64,000 nt of DNA from Bacillota bacterium (GTDB taxonomy: Bacteria; Bacillota; DTU025). Location of the stretch: NCBI GenBank assembly GCA_050951805.1, contig JBMNJT010000002.1, positions 1,408,001-1,472,000 of the forward strand. Direction: 5' to 3'. Made by a program: the position numbers and the translations under genes. The notes below the pieces were generated by a model that worked only from the letters and a program-made list of their open reading frames with translations, was not told the DNA's origin and did no database searches. Each line of letters starts with the position of its first letter. Positions within the stretch are counted from its first letter, which is position 1. Below are positions 42,263 through 52,186 of this stretch, piece after piece.

Positions 42263-42850
42263 TCACTCCGCCCCGTCCTGTGGGGCTTGGGCTTTGGCAT
42301 CAGCCAGTCTGACCTTGTGTGCCAAAGCTTCCCTGTGCTCCAGCAAGCGCTTGCGAAGCTCTCCGTCCGAAACGGCGAGAATCTCTGCCGCGAGAAGCGC
42401 GGCGTTGGCGGCTCCGTCAATTGCCACAGTCGCAACGGGCACACCTGACGGCATCATCACCGTCGAACAGAGCGCATCAAAGCCTCCCAGGGCACCCCCT
42501 GACAGCGGCACTCCTATTACTGGCAGCACAGTATGAGAGGCAATCACTCCCGCCAGGTGTGCAGCCATTCCGGCTCCGGCAATCAGCACAGAGAGTCCTC
42601 GTTCCTCGGCACTCTTGGCATATTCTGCCGCGTCATCAGGCGTCCTATGAGCCGATATCACTCTCATCTCCCACTCTATGTCGAGAGCGGAAAGGACTTC
42701 GGTTGCCTTCAACATTCTGCCCATGTCAGAATCGCTGCCCATGATCACACCGACTCGGGGCCGTGCACAAGTCGCCCCCGGCTCCTTTCCACTGCGTGAA
42801 ATGGCTTGTCCAAGTGATCGGTGGGACACCTCACTACCCATCATTGCCAT
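42263..42850 (-). CDS. purE: N5-CAIR mutase
   Basis: MGSDSD, SAHRTP, AGMAAHL, PVIGVP, MPSGVPVATV. Has a ~30-aa N-terminal extension; start uncertain. Confidence 0.96.
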   Translation of the reverse strand: MAMMGSEVSHRSLGQAISRSGKEPGATCARPRVGVIMGSDSDMGRMLKATEVLSALDIEWEMRVISAHRTPDDAAEYAKSAEERGLSVLIAGAGMAAHLAGVIASHTVLPVIGVPLSGGALGGFDALCSTVMMPSGVPVATVAIDGAANAALLAAEILAVSDGELRKRLLEHREALAHKVRLADAKAQAPQDGAE

Positions 42851-42887
42851 CCCTTACCACAACCTCCACCTTCATTGTCGTATTCTC

Positions 42888-42940
42888 AAAAAGTTCAGCC
42901 CCGGCGTTAGGTTATGATAACGAAACCTAACCGCCGGGGC
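42888..42940 (-). terminator. Riboswitch expression-platform terminator overlapping the aptamer 3' end
   Basis: GCCCCGGCGGTTAGGTT...AACCTAACGCCGGGGC followed by TGAACTTTTT. Confidence 0.75.
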
Positions 42941-43040
42941 TTTTATCCCTCAAGGTGTAGCGCCACTCAGGACGCCTGCGCCGCTCGGACCAGGCCCTCC
43001 GCAAAAAAGAGCAGAGGCGGAACCCTAGGCGCACTTTCGC
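42921..43040 (-). ncRNA. ykkC-family riboswitch, PRPP-sensing subtype (2b)
   Basis: GAAAGTG..CCTAGGGTTCCG...CTGGTCCGAGCGG...TACACC..GAGGGATAAAAGCCCCGGCGGTTAGGTTTC, with P0 pairing CGAAA/TTTCG. It lies upstream of purE. Confidence 0.88.
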
Positions 43041-43073
43041 AAAAGAGCGTATTCAATTCATCTCTACACTAAT

Positions 43074-43102
43074 ACCTTAACCCACGCCGCGGGGCCTGTC
43101 AA
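43074..43102 (-). promoter_or_regulatory. Putative SigA promoter of the pur operon
   Basis: TTGACA-N17-TAAGGT. Confidence 0.5.
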
Positions 43103-43177
43103 CTCAATACCTGCCCGCACGTCGCAGGTGCATGCAAAAATCGAAGGTTTCAGCATCCCCTTAACTGCGAGGGAGGA

Positions 43178-43834
43178 TCATGGGATGCGCGTCGTTCCGG
43201 CCCGCTTTCTGCATCTGGGGGGCCCAAGGACCGTAGCCCAGATGATCCCGGAAACGACCTGTTTTCCGAAGGCCTCTCCATCTGATGCAAGCTGGGGTGA
43301 TACGACATCCGCTTCCCACTCCTGGACAAGTTCGCGTTCGAACACCCTACTTTCTTCCAGACTCGTTTCGATTTCCAGATCGAGGATTACATCATCTACA
43401 TCGGTGGCCCGCGGTTCTATCGTCCTCTCCGACCACTCCGAAGCATCGTCCCCCGCCTCTCCCAGAGAACCCGTCACGATGGGCTCAGCCATCTCCACTT
43501 CTCGTTCATAAGCCCGTTCTTCGGCAGCCTCCTGCGCCAATGAACGTCTCGTTTTCGGCAGCGGCCACGCATCGTAATCTTCTTCCGCTTCCACAGATTC
43601 CAGTTCATACGACTGCAGAGTCGATGGGACTTCAGGAGATCCCGCAAATCCATCAGCAGGCGCCGGCGGCTCCATGCGGCCCTCAGCCTGAGCATCCCTG
43701 GAAGCTTCAAGATGTCGAGCCTTCTTGAGAGCTTCCTCCTCCGCCTGCTTGAACCCTCTAGCGACAATCCGAAGCACGTAAGAGAAGATAACCACTATCC
43801 ATACAACCAGCGCTGCCAGGTCGCTCATATCCAT
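43178..43834 (-). CDS. Hypothetical membrane-anchored acidic protein (yqfB position)
   Basis: N-terminal TM, acidic low-complexity middle and C-terminal GIIWATVLGPPR motif; follows floA. RBS GGAGGTG. Confidence 0.7.
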   Translation of the reverse strand: MDMSDLAALVVWIVVIFSYVLRIVARGFKQAEEEALKKARHLEASRDAQAEGRMEPPAPADGFAGSPEVPSTLQSYELESVEAEEDYDAWPLPKTRRSLAQEAAEERAYEREVEMAEPIVTGSLGEAGDDASEWSERTIEPRATDVDDVILDLEIETSLEESRVFERELVQEWEADVVSPQLASDGEAFGKQVVSGIIWATVLGPPRCRKRAGTTRIP

Positions 43835-43934
43835 ACGGCCAACACCTCCATCCCCGCTCCGCGGCGCACAGCCAAACAAAGGATGCTTTCACGCTGCCGT
43901 ATCGCCCGGACCTTGCCGTACGCATCAGGCAGCA

Positions 43935-44936
43935 CTACTTCAAGCCAGCATCCGAACCAGAGCCCTCAGAAGAACCTGGAGCACCAGTCGCTTTCGAGAT
44001 TGAATCCCGCATCTGGGTGTCGGCCTTGAGATTGAGCAGGTTGTAGTAGTCCATCACCCCAAGATTACCTGAGCGCAATGCGTCGGCAAGTGCCCGCGGC
44101 ACCTCCGCCTCTGCCTCCACAACCATCGCCCTCATCTCCTGAACCTTGGCCTTGTTCTCCTGCTCGAGGGCGAGAGCTGCAAACCTGCGCTCCGCGGCCT
44201 TGGCTTGAGCGATGTTCTTGTCCGCCTCCGCTTGGTCCATCTGGAGCCGAGCCCCGATATTCCTTCCCACATCCACATCGGCAATGTCAATCGAAAGAAT
44301 CTCAAAAGCCGTTCCGTCATCCAAACCCTTGTTCAGCACCGTTCTGGAGATCTGGTCTGGATTCTCCAGCACTTCCTTGTGACTCTCTGCAGAGCCCACA
44401 GTCGTGACTATCCCCTCGCCAACCCTGGCGATGATAGTCGCCTCGCCAGCGCCGCCCACGAGTCTGTCGATGTTCGCTCGCACCGTCACCCGAGCCTTGG
44501 CCTTGAGCTCAATTCCATCCTTTGCAACTGCGGCAATCACCGGGGTCTCGATCACCTTCGGGTTCACGCTCATCTGCACCGCTTCAAGCACATTGCGGCC
44601 TGCAAGGTCTATGGCCGCCGCCCTTTCGAAGGTCAGGTTTATATCGGCCCTTTGCGCCGCGATCAGAGCATCGACAACACGATCCACGTTTCCGCCGGCA
44701 AGGTAATGCGCTTCAAGCTTGTCGACGGTCACCGGAATGCCACCCTTTGCTGCCTTGACCATTGGCAACACGATCCTGACCGGCGGAACGCGACGCAGTC
44801 TCATTCCGACGAGAGTGAGAAGCCCCACGTTTACTCCTGCTGCCCATGCCGAAATCCAAAGCCCCACGGGAATGAAGTTGAGCAGCACCAGCAGAAGAAC
44901 GAGGACAACAATCAAAATTATCCAGCCTATAGCCAT
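43935..44936 (-). CDS. floA: Flotillin-like protein FloA (YqfA)
   Basis: [38 protein letters not shown]. Confidence 0.96.
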   Translation of the reverse strand: MAIGWIILIVVLVLLLVLLNFIPVGLWISAWAAGVNVGLLTLVGMRLRRVPPVRIVLPMVKAAKGGIPVTVDKLEAHYLAGGNVDRVVDALIAAQRADINLTFERAAAIDLAGRNVLEAVQMSVNPKVIETPVIAAVAKDGIELKAKARVTVRANIDRLVGGAGEATIIARVGEGIVTTVGSAESHKEVLENPDQISRTVLNKGLDDGTAFEILSIDIADVDVGRNIGARLQMDQAEADKNIAQAKAAERRFAALALEQENKAKVQEMRAMVVEAEAEVPRALADALRSGNLGVMDYYNLLNLKADTQMRDSISKATGAPGSSEGSGSDAGLK

Positions 44937-44940
44937 GCAA

Positions 44941-46272
44941 TCAATCCTCCTGATCCATTTGGGTAATAGGCCTCACGAATACCTTGTTGCCTTCTATGCG
45001 AATCACCCGGACGCGGGCTCCTCCCATAACGAAGGGGCCTTCGGATATGGCCTCAACCCTGCGACCGTCGAAATCCACTATACCTACAGGTTTGAGCGGG
45101 GTAACAACTATGCCCTCAGCGCCGTAAAGAGATTCGTACGTCTGCACGGCTAAGTATCCTTCCTCCGGCGTTTCAGTGTGATCAAGGACCAATTTCGCCG
45201 GCGCACGACCCTTTCTTCCTCCACGGGAGAGCAAGAATATCACCAACGCCACAACGGCTATGGCTATGCCTATCGCTATCCCCAGAGCTGCAGCGCCTTC
45301 GCCAGGGGATGGGTAGCTAAGTACAAAGCTGGCAATCACGCTTACAATGCCGAGAATGCCTGCCACGCCAAACCCTGGTATTACAAATGCCTCAAGGAGA
45401 AGCAAAGTCAGGCCTACCAGAAACAGAACAATGACTTCCCATCCGGCAAGGCCCGCCATTATCCTGCCCCCGAAGAAAAGGCCGAGGGAGACGATTCCTA
45501 TGGTTCCCGGAATCCCAAACCCCGGCGTCACCAGCTCTACAGCCAGACCTACAAGGCCCAGCGTGAGAAGGACCTCTGCAGCAACCTGATTCGTGAGAAG
45601 CCTGGCGAACCATTCCGCTGAAGTTTGCTTCACATCGACGATCTCAGCGCCAGACAGGCCCAATAGTTCGAGAAGATCATCTAAGTCCTTCACTTTGTAT
45701 TCGATAAAGCCAAGATTCTCCGCAGCAGTGGCTGTGAGGGTAAGTATCTTGCCGCGCTCGATCACGCCGGGAATCTCGACGTCCGCATCTACCATCGCCC
45801 CGGCCACAGCCGGATCCCTGCCCCTAAGCTCCGCTGTTGCCTCAAATTCTGCCCGCACCGCAGAGATGTACTTTTCCTCTTTCGGTCTGGTCTCAGCGGC
45901 GCCCATCGAACTCCCCATTTTCATGGCAATATCATCACAGGCAATCGCGATGAGAGCGCCTGCAGACCACGCGCGCGAATCGACATACGCTATAGTCCTA
46001 ACCTCAGAAGAGATGATGGCATCGCGCATCTTAAGCGCGGAATCAACATAACCGCCAGGCGTGTCAATGTCGATTATCACGACATCCGCTCCCGCATCGG
46101 AAGCTTCTCGTAGCCCTCGCGCTATGAAGGACGCCAATCCGTGCTCGATCTGCCCCTGAAGTGGAACGATATATACTTTAGGAGCTGCGGCGCACTTGCC
46201 AGCAGGGACCAGTAACCCCACGACAATCAGCACAAGAACGAAAACCCCTATTACGCCTCTTTTCGCTCTCAA
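44941..46272 (-). CDS. nfeD: NfeD/YqeZ family membrane-bound serine protease
   Basis: [15 protein letters not shown], multi-TM block with PGFG, C-terminal OB domain (LKPVG). Confidence 0.92.
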   Translation of the reverse strand: MRAKRGVIGVFVLVLIVVGLLVPAGKCAAAPKVYIVPLQGQIEHGLASFIARGLREASDAGADVVIIDIDTPGGYVDSALKMRDAIISSEVRTIAYVDSRAWSAGALIAIACDDIAMKMGSSMGAAETRPKEEKYISAVRAEFEATAELRGRDPAVAGAMVDADVEIPGVIERGKILTLTATAAENLGFIEYKVKDLDDLLELLGLSGAEIVDVKQTSAEWFARLLTNQVAAEVLLTLGLVGLAVELVTPGFGIPGTIGIVSLGLFFGGRIMAGLAGWEVIVLFLVGLTLLLLEAFVIPGFGVAGILGIVSVIASFVLSYPSPGEGAAALGIAIGIAIAVVALVIFLLSRGGRKGRAPAKLVLDHTETPEEGYLAVQTYESLYGAEGIVVTPLKPVGIVDFDGRRVEAISEGPFVMGGARVRVIRIEGNKVFVRPITQMDQED

Positions 46273-46386
46273 GCAGGAGTCCCTCCCCTCTCTTATGTCA
46301 AATGGAATAACGCCGATCCCAAGCAGCGTCAAAAGCCGGGAAACAGCGCAGTCGCCCTCGCGGCTCAGGCGCGGGTCTGCATGAAG

Positions 46387-46848
46387 CTATTCCTCGCCGC
46401 CTTGGGCGTCAAGCATCTCTCTGACCATACTGTTTACCAGCTTCCCGTCAGCACGCCCTCTCAGTTTAGGCATGACTGCGCCCATGACTTTTCCGATATC
46501 CCGCGGTTCCTCTGCGCCGGTCTGAGCGATCGTTTCCGAGATGATCTGCCTTAGCTCATCCTCTGATAGTTGTCGCGGAAGGTATGACATGATTATTTCC
46601 ATTTCTTTTCGTTCCACGTCTGCAGCATCGAACCTGCCCGCCTTTTCATACTCTTCTATCGACTCGCGCCTCATCTTCGCCTGCCTCGCCATTACATCGA
46701 CTTCTTCAGACTCAGACAACGGCGCGCCTTTCTCAAGCTCTGCATTCTTCAACCCGGCCAAGGCCAACCGTATCACGGATTTTTTCAGTTCATCTTTGGA
46801 TTTCATCGCGATCTTAAGATCGTCCCTCAATCGCACTGCAATCGACAT
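46387..46848 (-). CDS. yqeY: GatB/YqeY domain protein
   Basis: DLKIAMK, RRESIEEY, YLPRQLS, GKVMG, GRADGK. Confidence 0.93.
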   Translation of the reverse strand: MSIAVRLRDDLKIAMKSKDELKKSVIRLALAGLKNAELEKGAPLSESEEVDVMARQAKMRRESIEEYEKAGRFDAADVERKEMEIIMSYLPRQLSEDELRQIISETIAQTGAEEPRDIGKVMGAVMPKLRGRADGKLVNSMVREMLDAQGGEE

Positions 46849-46943
46849 TCCAATCACCATCCCAAAATGCATCGACATCTTGATTATACCATTAGCCAGT
46901 TCTCCTTGAAACAGAAGAAGCCTCGCCGATCTCGATCAAGCCA

Positions 46944-48284
46944 TTACGCTTGCGGTCGGGGTGAAGTCATCGTTGTGCCTTGCCTTTCCACTTTCAGGCT
47001 TACCTCGGGAATTATCTTGATTTCCTTGAATATGTCGCGCCAGATCGGCGCGATTTCGTCTTCCCACACATCGCTGGAAATGCACCTCCTCACTGCTTCC
47101 CCAATTCCAAAAATGTCCGTCCCAAGCCGATTCTGCGCAATCTCTATCAATGATTCCATTTCCGCCTCAATCTGATCTGAAACGCCACGACTCAAGTTCC
47201 GATCCGCCTCTATCGAAACAAACTGCTCCTCGGACATCACTTCTTCTATGTATACACAACCTGTTACCCGTATCCGGACTTCCGCCCCCCGCAAGCCCGT
47301 CCTGGTCATCTTATGTCTAGGCGGAAGCTCTATCGTGGCCCGAGAATGCAATACCTTCACGCCGACAGTGTCTCCTTCCGTTCCTGGCACCATATATAGA
47401 AATGAATATTCCTTCAGTCTGTTTCTAGCCATGAGAACCATGGCAGTCTGCACGGGATCAAGCCAACCCACGACCAAGTCCCCATGGAGGGCAGCGCTCC
47501 CGCTTATCTCGATGTCGCTTTTGGTTTCAACATCTCCCTTTTTACCCTTTCCGCCTTCATTTCCAGTCCGCTGTCCCCAAACACCCTGCTGCGCCTCGTC
47601 CTGCTCACCCTCTTCCTCCTCAGGTTCACTTTTCACCAGACTGACTCTGGCAAGAACAGGCTGATCTCCCGGTTCCGCAGCCGTGCTCAACAAATCTCTG
47701 AACCTCGATTGCGGAGCGACCGACGAAAGAGTTGCATGACGCATCATCAGGTTGATGTAAGATGAAGCCATGTTCTCCTGGTCTGCCTCGACTTCGAATA
47801 TCTTTCCGACAGGGTCAGATGTCACCAATACCCACGAGTTATAGCGAAACTGGGAGTCCCTGGCCAGATAATCCAGGATAGGCGTCAAGCCCTTCCTTGC
47901 GATCTTCTCCCCAATAACCAGCACCTTTACATGACCGCGAAACAGCGTCTTTGCCGATTTCATTCTCAACGCAGACATGGCGTCCATCATTGTGTTTCCC
48001 GCAGCAGAGCCAAGCCAAGCAGGGGTATTGGCCGCTCCCTCCGGACCCGAGGACGGAAGAGCCATCTGGACCCAGACAACGATTTTGCCGTCATCCGACT
48101 CGTCCACTCCCATTCCCATGATGAACCCAATATGGTCGATATCGCGCGCATCCCAACAACCGCCAAGAGCGAAAACCAGAATGACGACGCAGAGCACGCA
48201 TGCTGCGACTGTGAGACGTCTGCCCAATGGATGCGAGCCGTGGTCGCTCGAAACATCGACATAATCCATGTTATCTGCTGTCAT
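46944..48284 (-). CDS. Spore germination receptor C subunit (Ger(x)C lipoprotein)
   Basis: Lipobox LGGC-WD..DI, GMGVD, H.KVLVIGE..A, TDIFGIG. Confidence 0.88.
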   Translation of the reverse strand: MTADNMDYVDVSSDHGSHPLGRRLTVAACVLCVVILVFALGGCWDARDIDHIGFIMGMGVDESDDGKIVVWVQMALPSSGPEGAANTPAWLGSAAGNTMMDAMSALRMKSAKTLFRGHVKVLVIGEKIARKGLTPILDYLARDSQFRYNSWVLVTSDPVGKIFEVEADQENMASSYINLMMRHATLSSVAPQSRFRDLLSTAAEPGDQPVLARVSLVKSEPEEEEGEQDEAQQGVWGQRTGNEGGKGKKGDVETKSDIEISGSAALHGDLVVGWLDPVQTAMVLMARNRLKEYSFLYMVPGTEGDTVGVKVLHSRATIELPPRHKMTRTGLRGAEVRIRVTGCVYIEEVMSEEQFVSIEADRNLSRGVSDQIEAEMESLIEIAQNRLGTDIFGIGEAVRRCISSDVWEDEIAPIWRDIFKEIKIIPEVSLKVERQGTTMTSPRPQA

Positions 48285-49344
48285 CTGGTGTACCACCCTT
48301 CTCGTGTCGCAACACGCGAGCACCGATCAGCAGCAAGGCGGGAAGCGCAATGGCATACCAGACAGTGTACTTCAAGAAATACTCAACTGCTGCAAATGAC
48401 TGAGCTACATTTGCAGGGATAGAGCTCAGCACCATCGATATAATTCCGAATGGAAGGATCAATCGCCTGTAGTTGTCCAGGTTGAGCAGGTCTGCAATGG
48501 CCGTTATGGCTGCATAGAATACTGAAGCCAGCTTCAGGATGGCAACGGAAAACCAGAGCGCCAGGAAGAGAATCTCTCCTCTTTCCAGAAACTCCCCTGC
48601 TCCAACCATTCGAGCGGTCTCTACCGCGGGGTAAGTGACGCGTGATATCCCCCCTGTGCCCAGCATCATAATGCCGTATGCCACTGTCATTGCCATTATG
48701 GCCGTCCCTATTGCCACACCCGTTCCCACTGCCCTGGATACATGACGTTTGTCCTTCAAATGCCTGAGAAATGCGAGCGATACGATGGCCTCACCTGTAT
48801 AGGAGGCCGTAAGCAAGGCTGCCCTCATGATCGGAATCACGCCCCTGCCCGCCAACGGCAAGAGACGCCCCGGAACCAACACAGGAATAGCGAAAACCCC
48901 CAAAATGGCGATGGATATGATAACCACTCCGAAGAAGATGAAACAGACGCGGGCTATCGCCTCGATGCCGAGGTAGGCAGCGTAGCTCGCCAGGATAAAG
49001 AAGACAGCGGTAATTACGTAGAATGGCGTTCTTTCCAGAAACGAGATAGATATAGCGAGCACGAATTCCCGTGTACCAAGCACGACCACGACAGTGCAAT
49101 AGAGTGCGAAGGTGAGGCCGATTACCTTGCCGAATGGTTTGCCGAATATGTCTTCTGCGATCTTTACCAGATTCTGTTCAGGAAAGGCCGATGAGACCGA
49201 TCCCACCAGCCATGCAATTACCAACCCTATTACGCCGCCGAGCAGGACCGATATCCATGCTGCCGTGCCTGCTACAGGCGTCAACAACCTGGCGGCTGCA
49301 AGAAACCCCGTGGAAAACACAATGACCGCAACGAGCACAACCAC
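48271..49344 (-). CDS. Spore germination receptor B subunit (GerAB family permease-like); start uncertain
   Basis: About 10 TM segments, AWIS, FLERTP, GIEAIAR, YP..E..R, FLERGE. Confidence 0.85.
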   Translation of the reverse strand: MVVLVAVIVFSTGFLAAARLLTPVAGTAAWISVLLGGVIGLVIAWLVGSVSSAFPEQNLVKIAEDIFGKPFGKVIGLTFALYCTVVVVLGTREFVLAISISFLERTPFYVITAVFFILASYAAYLGIEAIARVCFIFFGVVIISIAILGVFAIPVLVPGRLLPLAGRGVIPIMRAALLTASYTGEAIVSLAFLRHLKDKRHVSRAVGTGVAIGTAIMAMTVAYGIMMLGTGGISRVTYPAVETARMVGAGEFLERGEILFLALWFSVAILKLASVFYAAITAIADLLNLDNYRRLILPFGIISMVLSSIPANVAQSFAAVEYFLKYTVWYAIALPALLLIGARVLRHEKGGTPDDSR

Positions 49345-49494
49345 CTGCGTGTAGTAAATCTCATCCTTTGCACTTCCGCCTATTGTCCATGCACCTCTCG
49401 TCCGTTATGTCTAGGTTTCATCATTGCCATAGCGACTGCCACCAGCGCGGCACTCCCGACCAGAGGTGCCACCCTTGCTGACGCGATCGCCTTA

Positions 49495-51222
49495 TCAACC
49501 CCGCCCCTTCGTATTCTCCTCCTCCCCAGACTGATCTCGGGAATCCGCAAGCGCCTCCCCATCCTGTCGCGCCTTCTCGGCCACCTCTGGAATCCATGTC
49601 CGCATGAAAGCTTTCTGGCGTATCTGATCCTGTGGCGACGGATACTCAGGACGCCTTTGAAACGTGTACTCGGGCGAACGCCATATGACGTCGCGTACCA
49701 ACTCCTTCGGCTTCATCATTGGCTCCAGATACGGAACGCCGAAAGATGTCAGGCCCCCAAGGTGCAAGGCGATCGCGATTAGCCCGGCGATCAGCCCAAA
49801 AAGCCCGAGACTGGCCGAAAGAAAAAGGAGCGGGAAGCGCAGAAGCCTGATGGCCAAACCTGTAGGATAGTGCGGGATTATCAACGACGACAGGCCCGTG
49901 ACGGCAACTACGATCACCATTATGGGGCTGACAAGGCCAGCCGAAACCGCGGCGTCGCCAAGCAACAAGGCCCCTACAAAACCGAGAGACTGGGAGATCG
50001 GGTCAGGCATGCGTATAGCGGCCTCTCTTATGAGCTCGAGCGCCACTTCCATGAGAAGCGCCTCTACCAGTGAAGGAAAAGGCACCGGAACGTGCGAACC
50101 GGCGATCGCAAGGGCAAGTTTGGTGGGAATCATTTCCTGATGAAAGGTGGCCACCGCAACATAGAGAGCAGGAAAGATCAGAGCTATTACGCCTGCAATA
50201 TACCGCAACGTCCTCAGGGGTCCACCGAAGGGGAACCTCTCATAGTAGTCTTCGGCTGACTGAAAAAAGCTGGCAAGATTCGCGGGAATCATGAGAGCCA
50301 TAGGCGATCCGTCAACTAGAATTCCGACGAGCCCTTCTGAGAGGGCTGCGACAAAACGGTCAGGCCTCTCAGTATACTGCACCTGGGGAAATGGAGAATA
50401 GGTGTGGTCCTCTATGAGTTCCTCCAAAACGCCCGAATCAGTCATGATGTCAACGCATATTGCATCAATCCGTTCCTTCACTGTATCCACCAGGTCAGGG
50501 TCTGTGAGGCCTTCAACGTAGGCAACTACGACATCAGTCTTGGATCTCACTCCCACTATAGTTGCATCCAATCTAAGATCAGGTGTTCTCAGTCTTCTTC
50601 TTATCAAGGCAGTGTTGGCCCTGAGCAGCTCTGCGAAACCCTCTCTCGGGCCGCGCACAACCTTCTCAGTAGCGGGTTCCTCTATCCCCCGATGCTCCCA
50701 ACCCTTGGCTTCAAAGAGCACGCATTCAGGACTTCCCTCAACAAACAAGGCACCCTCGCCAGTCAGCACGTGCTCCATCGCCAATTCCATGCTTCGAACG
50801 ACGGTGATCTGGCCCGACGGCACCAAGTGCGTTGAGATGACAGTGGCAATGTTCTCCCGGTCGAGCGCCCCGGCATCCAAGGCTGTGGTCCTTTCTGCCA
50901 GCATCACCGATCTTAGGGCCATCATGTTGATCACATCGCGCGAAGTCAGACCCTCTATATAGAAAAGCAAGGCATCGAGTTCAGGAGATGTCCATATCAC
51001 CAATCGGCGCAGGATTACGTCAGGACTCTCGTTGCCTAATCTTTCACGGAGGAACTTCTCGATCCCGTCCAGGCTGTCGGGGATCGGGGTTTCGTTGGCC
51101 TCATGTTGGTTTAGGCCTTCACCACCGCCAGATTTCTTCTCATCAAGCGATACCGGCGTCTTGCCAAGAACCATGCGAGGGCGCCTAGCCTCCCCTTTCA
51201 GCAGCCTGCGTAGACGTGTCAA
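49495..51222 (-). CDS. Spore germination receptor A subunit (GerAA/GerKA)
   Basis: EP.TE.VVRGPREGF.E, SPFPQ, TERPD, VDGSP, EDYY, ELIREA, LTSFGVPY. Confidence 0.93.
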   Translation of the reverse strand: MTRLRRLLKGEARRPRMVLGKTPVSLDEKKSGGGEGLNQHEANETPIPDSLDGIEKFLRERLGNESPDVILRRLVIWTSPELDALLFYIEGLTSRDVINMMALRSVMLAERTTALDAGALDRENIATVISTHLVPSGQITVVRSMELAMEHVLTGEGALFVEGSPECVLFEAKGWEHRGIEEPATEKVVRGPREGFAELLRANTALIRRRLRTPDLRLDATIVGVRSKTDVVVAYVEGLTDPDLVDTVKERIDAICVDIMTDSGVLEELIEDHTYSPFPQVQYTERPDRFVAALSEGLVGILVDGSPMALMIPANLASFFQSAEDYYERFPFGGPLRTLRYIAGVIALIFPALYVAVATFHQEMIPTKLALAIAGSHVPVPFPSLVEALLMEVALELIREAAIRMPDPISQSLGFVGALLLGDAAVSAGLVSPIMVIVVAVTGLSSLIIPHYPTGLAIRLLRFPLLFLSASLGLFGLIAGLIAIALHLGGLTSFGVPYLEPMMKPKELVRDVIWRSPEYTFQRRPEYPSPQDQIRQKAFMRTWIPEVAEKARQDGEALADSRDQSGEEENTKGRG

Positions 51223-51303
51223 ATTGCGCTTCCCCCGAATAACTTTTTTGGAGCCTCACCATTACAATCTGCCACCAGGCGAAGGATTATGCCGAATACA
51301 GCG

Positions 51304-51334
51304 AAAAGAAATAAGGAGAGGCCACAGCCTCTCC
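51304..51334 (-). terminator. Intrinsic terminator after rpsU
   Basis: GGAGAGGC-tgtg-GCCTCTCC followed by TTATTTCTTTT. Confidence 0.7.
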
Positions 51335-51437
51335 CTGATTGTAGACCCGAGCACCCCATACGTGTAGGGCCAGCCCGAACGACGAAACAGCAATATTTAC
51401 TTTTTTACGCACTATGGGGGTATGGCCGAAACCGCCC

Positions 51438-51614
51438 CTAGCGATACTTGCGTCTGCGGGCAGCCTCAGACTTTTTCTTCCTCCGAACGCTTGGCTTGTC
51501 GTAATGCTCGCGCTTGCGAATTTCAGACATTACTCCGGATCGCTGACACTGTCGCTTGAAACGACGCAGTGCGCTGTCGAGGGACTCATTCTTTCCAACT
51601 TTAACCTCTGACAT
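51438..51614 (-). CDS. rpsU: 30S ribosomal protein S21
   Basis: [23 protein letters not shown]. Confidence 0.97.
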   Translation of the reverse strand: MSEVKVGKNESLDSALRRFKRQCQRSGVMSEIRKREHYDKPSVRRKKKSEAARRRKYR

Positions 51615-51705
51615 ACAGATACCCCCCCTCCGTGCGAGAGTAACCAACCACCATTGCTCGCTTGCCCATAAGCGAATCCTTTGACGCGCAGGGCAATCTT
51701 GTCAA

Positions 51706-51735
51706 ATTATACTTTACTCACTGCGTAGGTGTCAA
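51706..51735 (-). promoter_or_regulatory. SigA promoter of rpsU
   Basis: TTGACA-N18-TATAAT. Confidence 0.75.
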
Positions 51736-51779
51736 ACGAAACGACAGGTTTAATGCTCACCGCGCCTCGGTACACATCA

Positions 51780-52124
51780 TCAACCTGGCGGCCACCCCAA
51801 AGCTCTGCCTCCGAGCACATGAAAATGGAGATGCGGCACACTTTGCCCCGCATCCTCTCCGCAATTGACTACTACCCTGAACCCGCTCCGATCGTATCCG
51901 CGCTCGCGAGCGATCTGCCCCGCGACCCTATGCGCCTTGCCGACTAGCTGCTCGCCGTCGGCGCCGAGCTCCAAAAGGCTAGATACATGCATGCGAGGGA
52001 TGATCAACACGTGCATGGGCGCCTGAGGGTTGATGTCGTTGAAAGCCACAAGATTCTCGTCCTCATATACTATTGACGAATCGATTTCCCCGCGCGCAAT
52101 TCTACAGAATATGCATTCTTCCAT
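51780..52124 (-). CDS. hit: Histidine triad (HIT) protein
   Basis: CIFC, DINPQAP.H, GQSVPHLHFH. Confidence 0.95.
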   Translation of the reverse strand: MEECIFCRIARGEIDSSIVYEDENLVAFNDINPQAPMHVLIIPRMHVSSLLELGADGEQLVGKAHRVAGQIARERGYDRSGFRVVVNCGEDAGQSVPHLHFHVLGGRALGWPPG

Positions 52125-52186
52125 TCACTCTACACCCCCTCGGCTGATTTCACAAAGGTACCTGGGCAGCCGCATACCCGGTCGAA

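Noticed and set aside
42921-43040. Guanidine-I or ppGpp assignment for the ykkC-type RNA
   Set aside because: The P0 stem, G at the specificity position and the downstream pur genes favour PRPP.
43041-43177. Possible tandem guanine riboswitch ahead of the PRPP aptamer
   Set aside because: No purine-aptamer core (e.g. TATGG...TTTCTACC...CCGTAAA), and the promoter lies too close to the aptamer.
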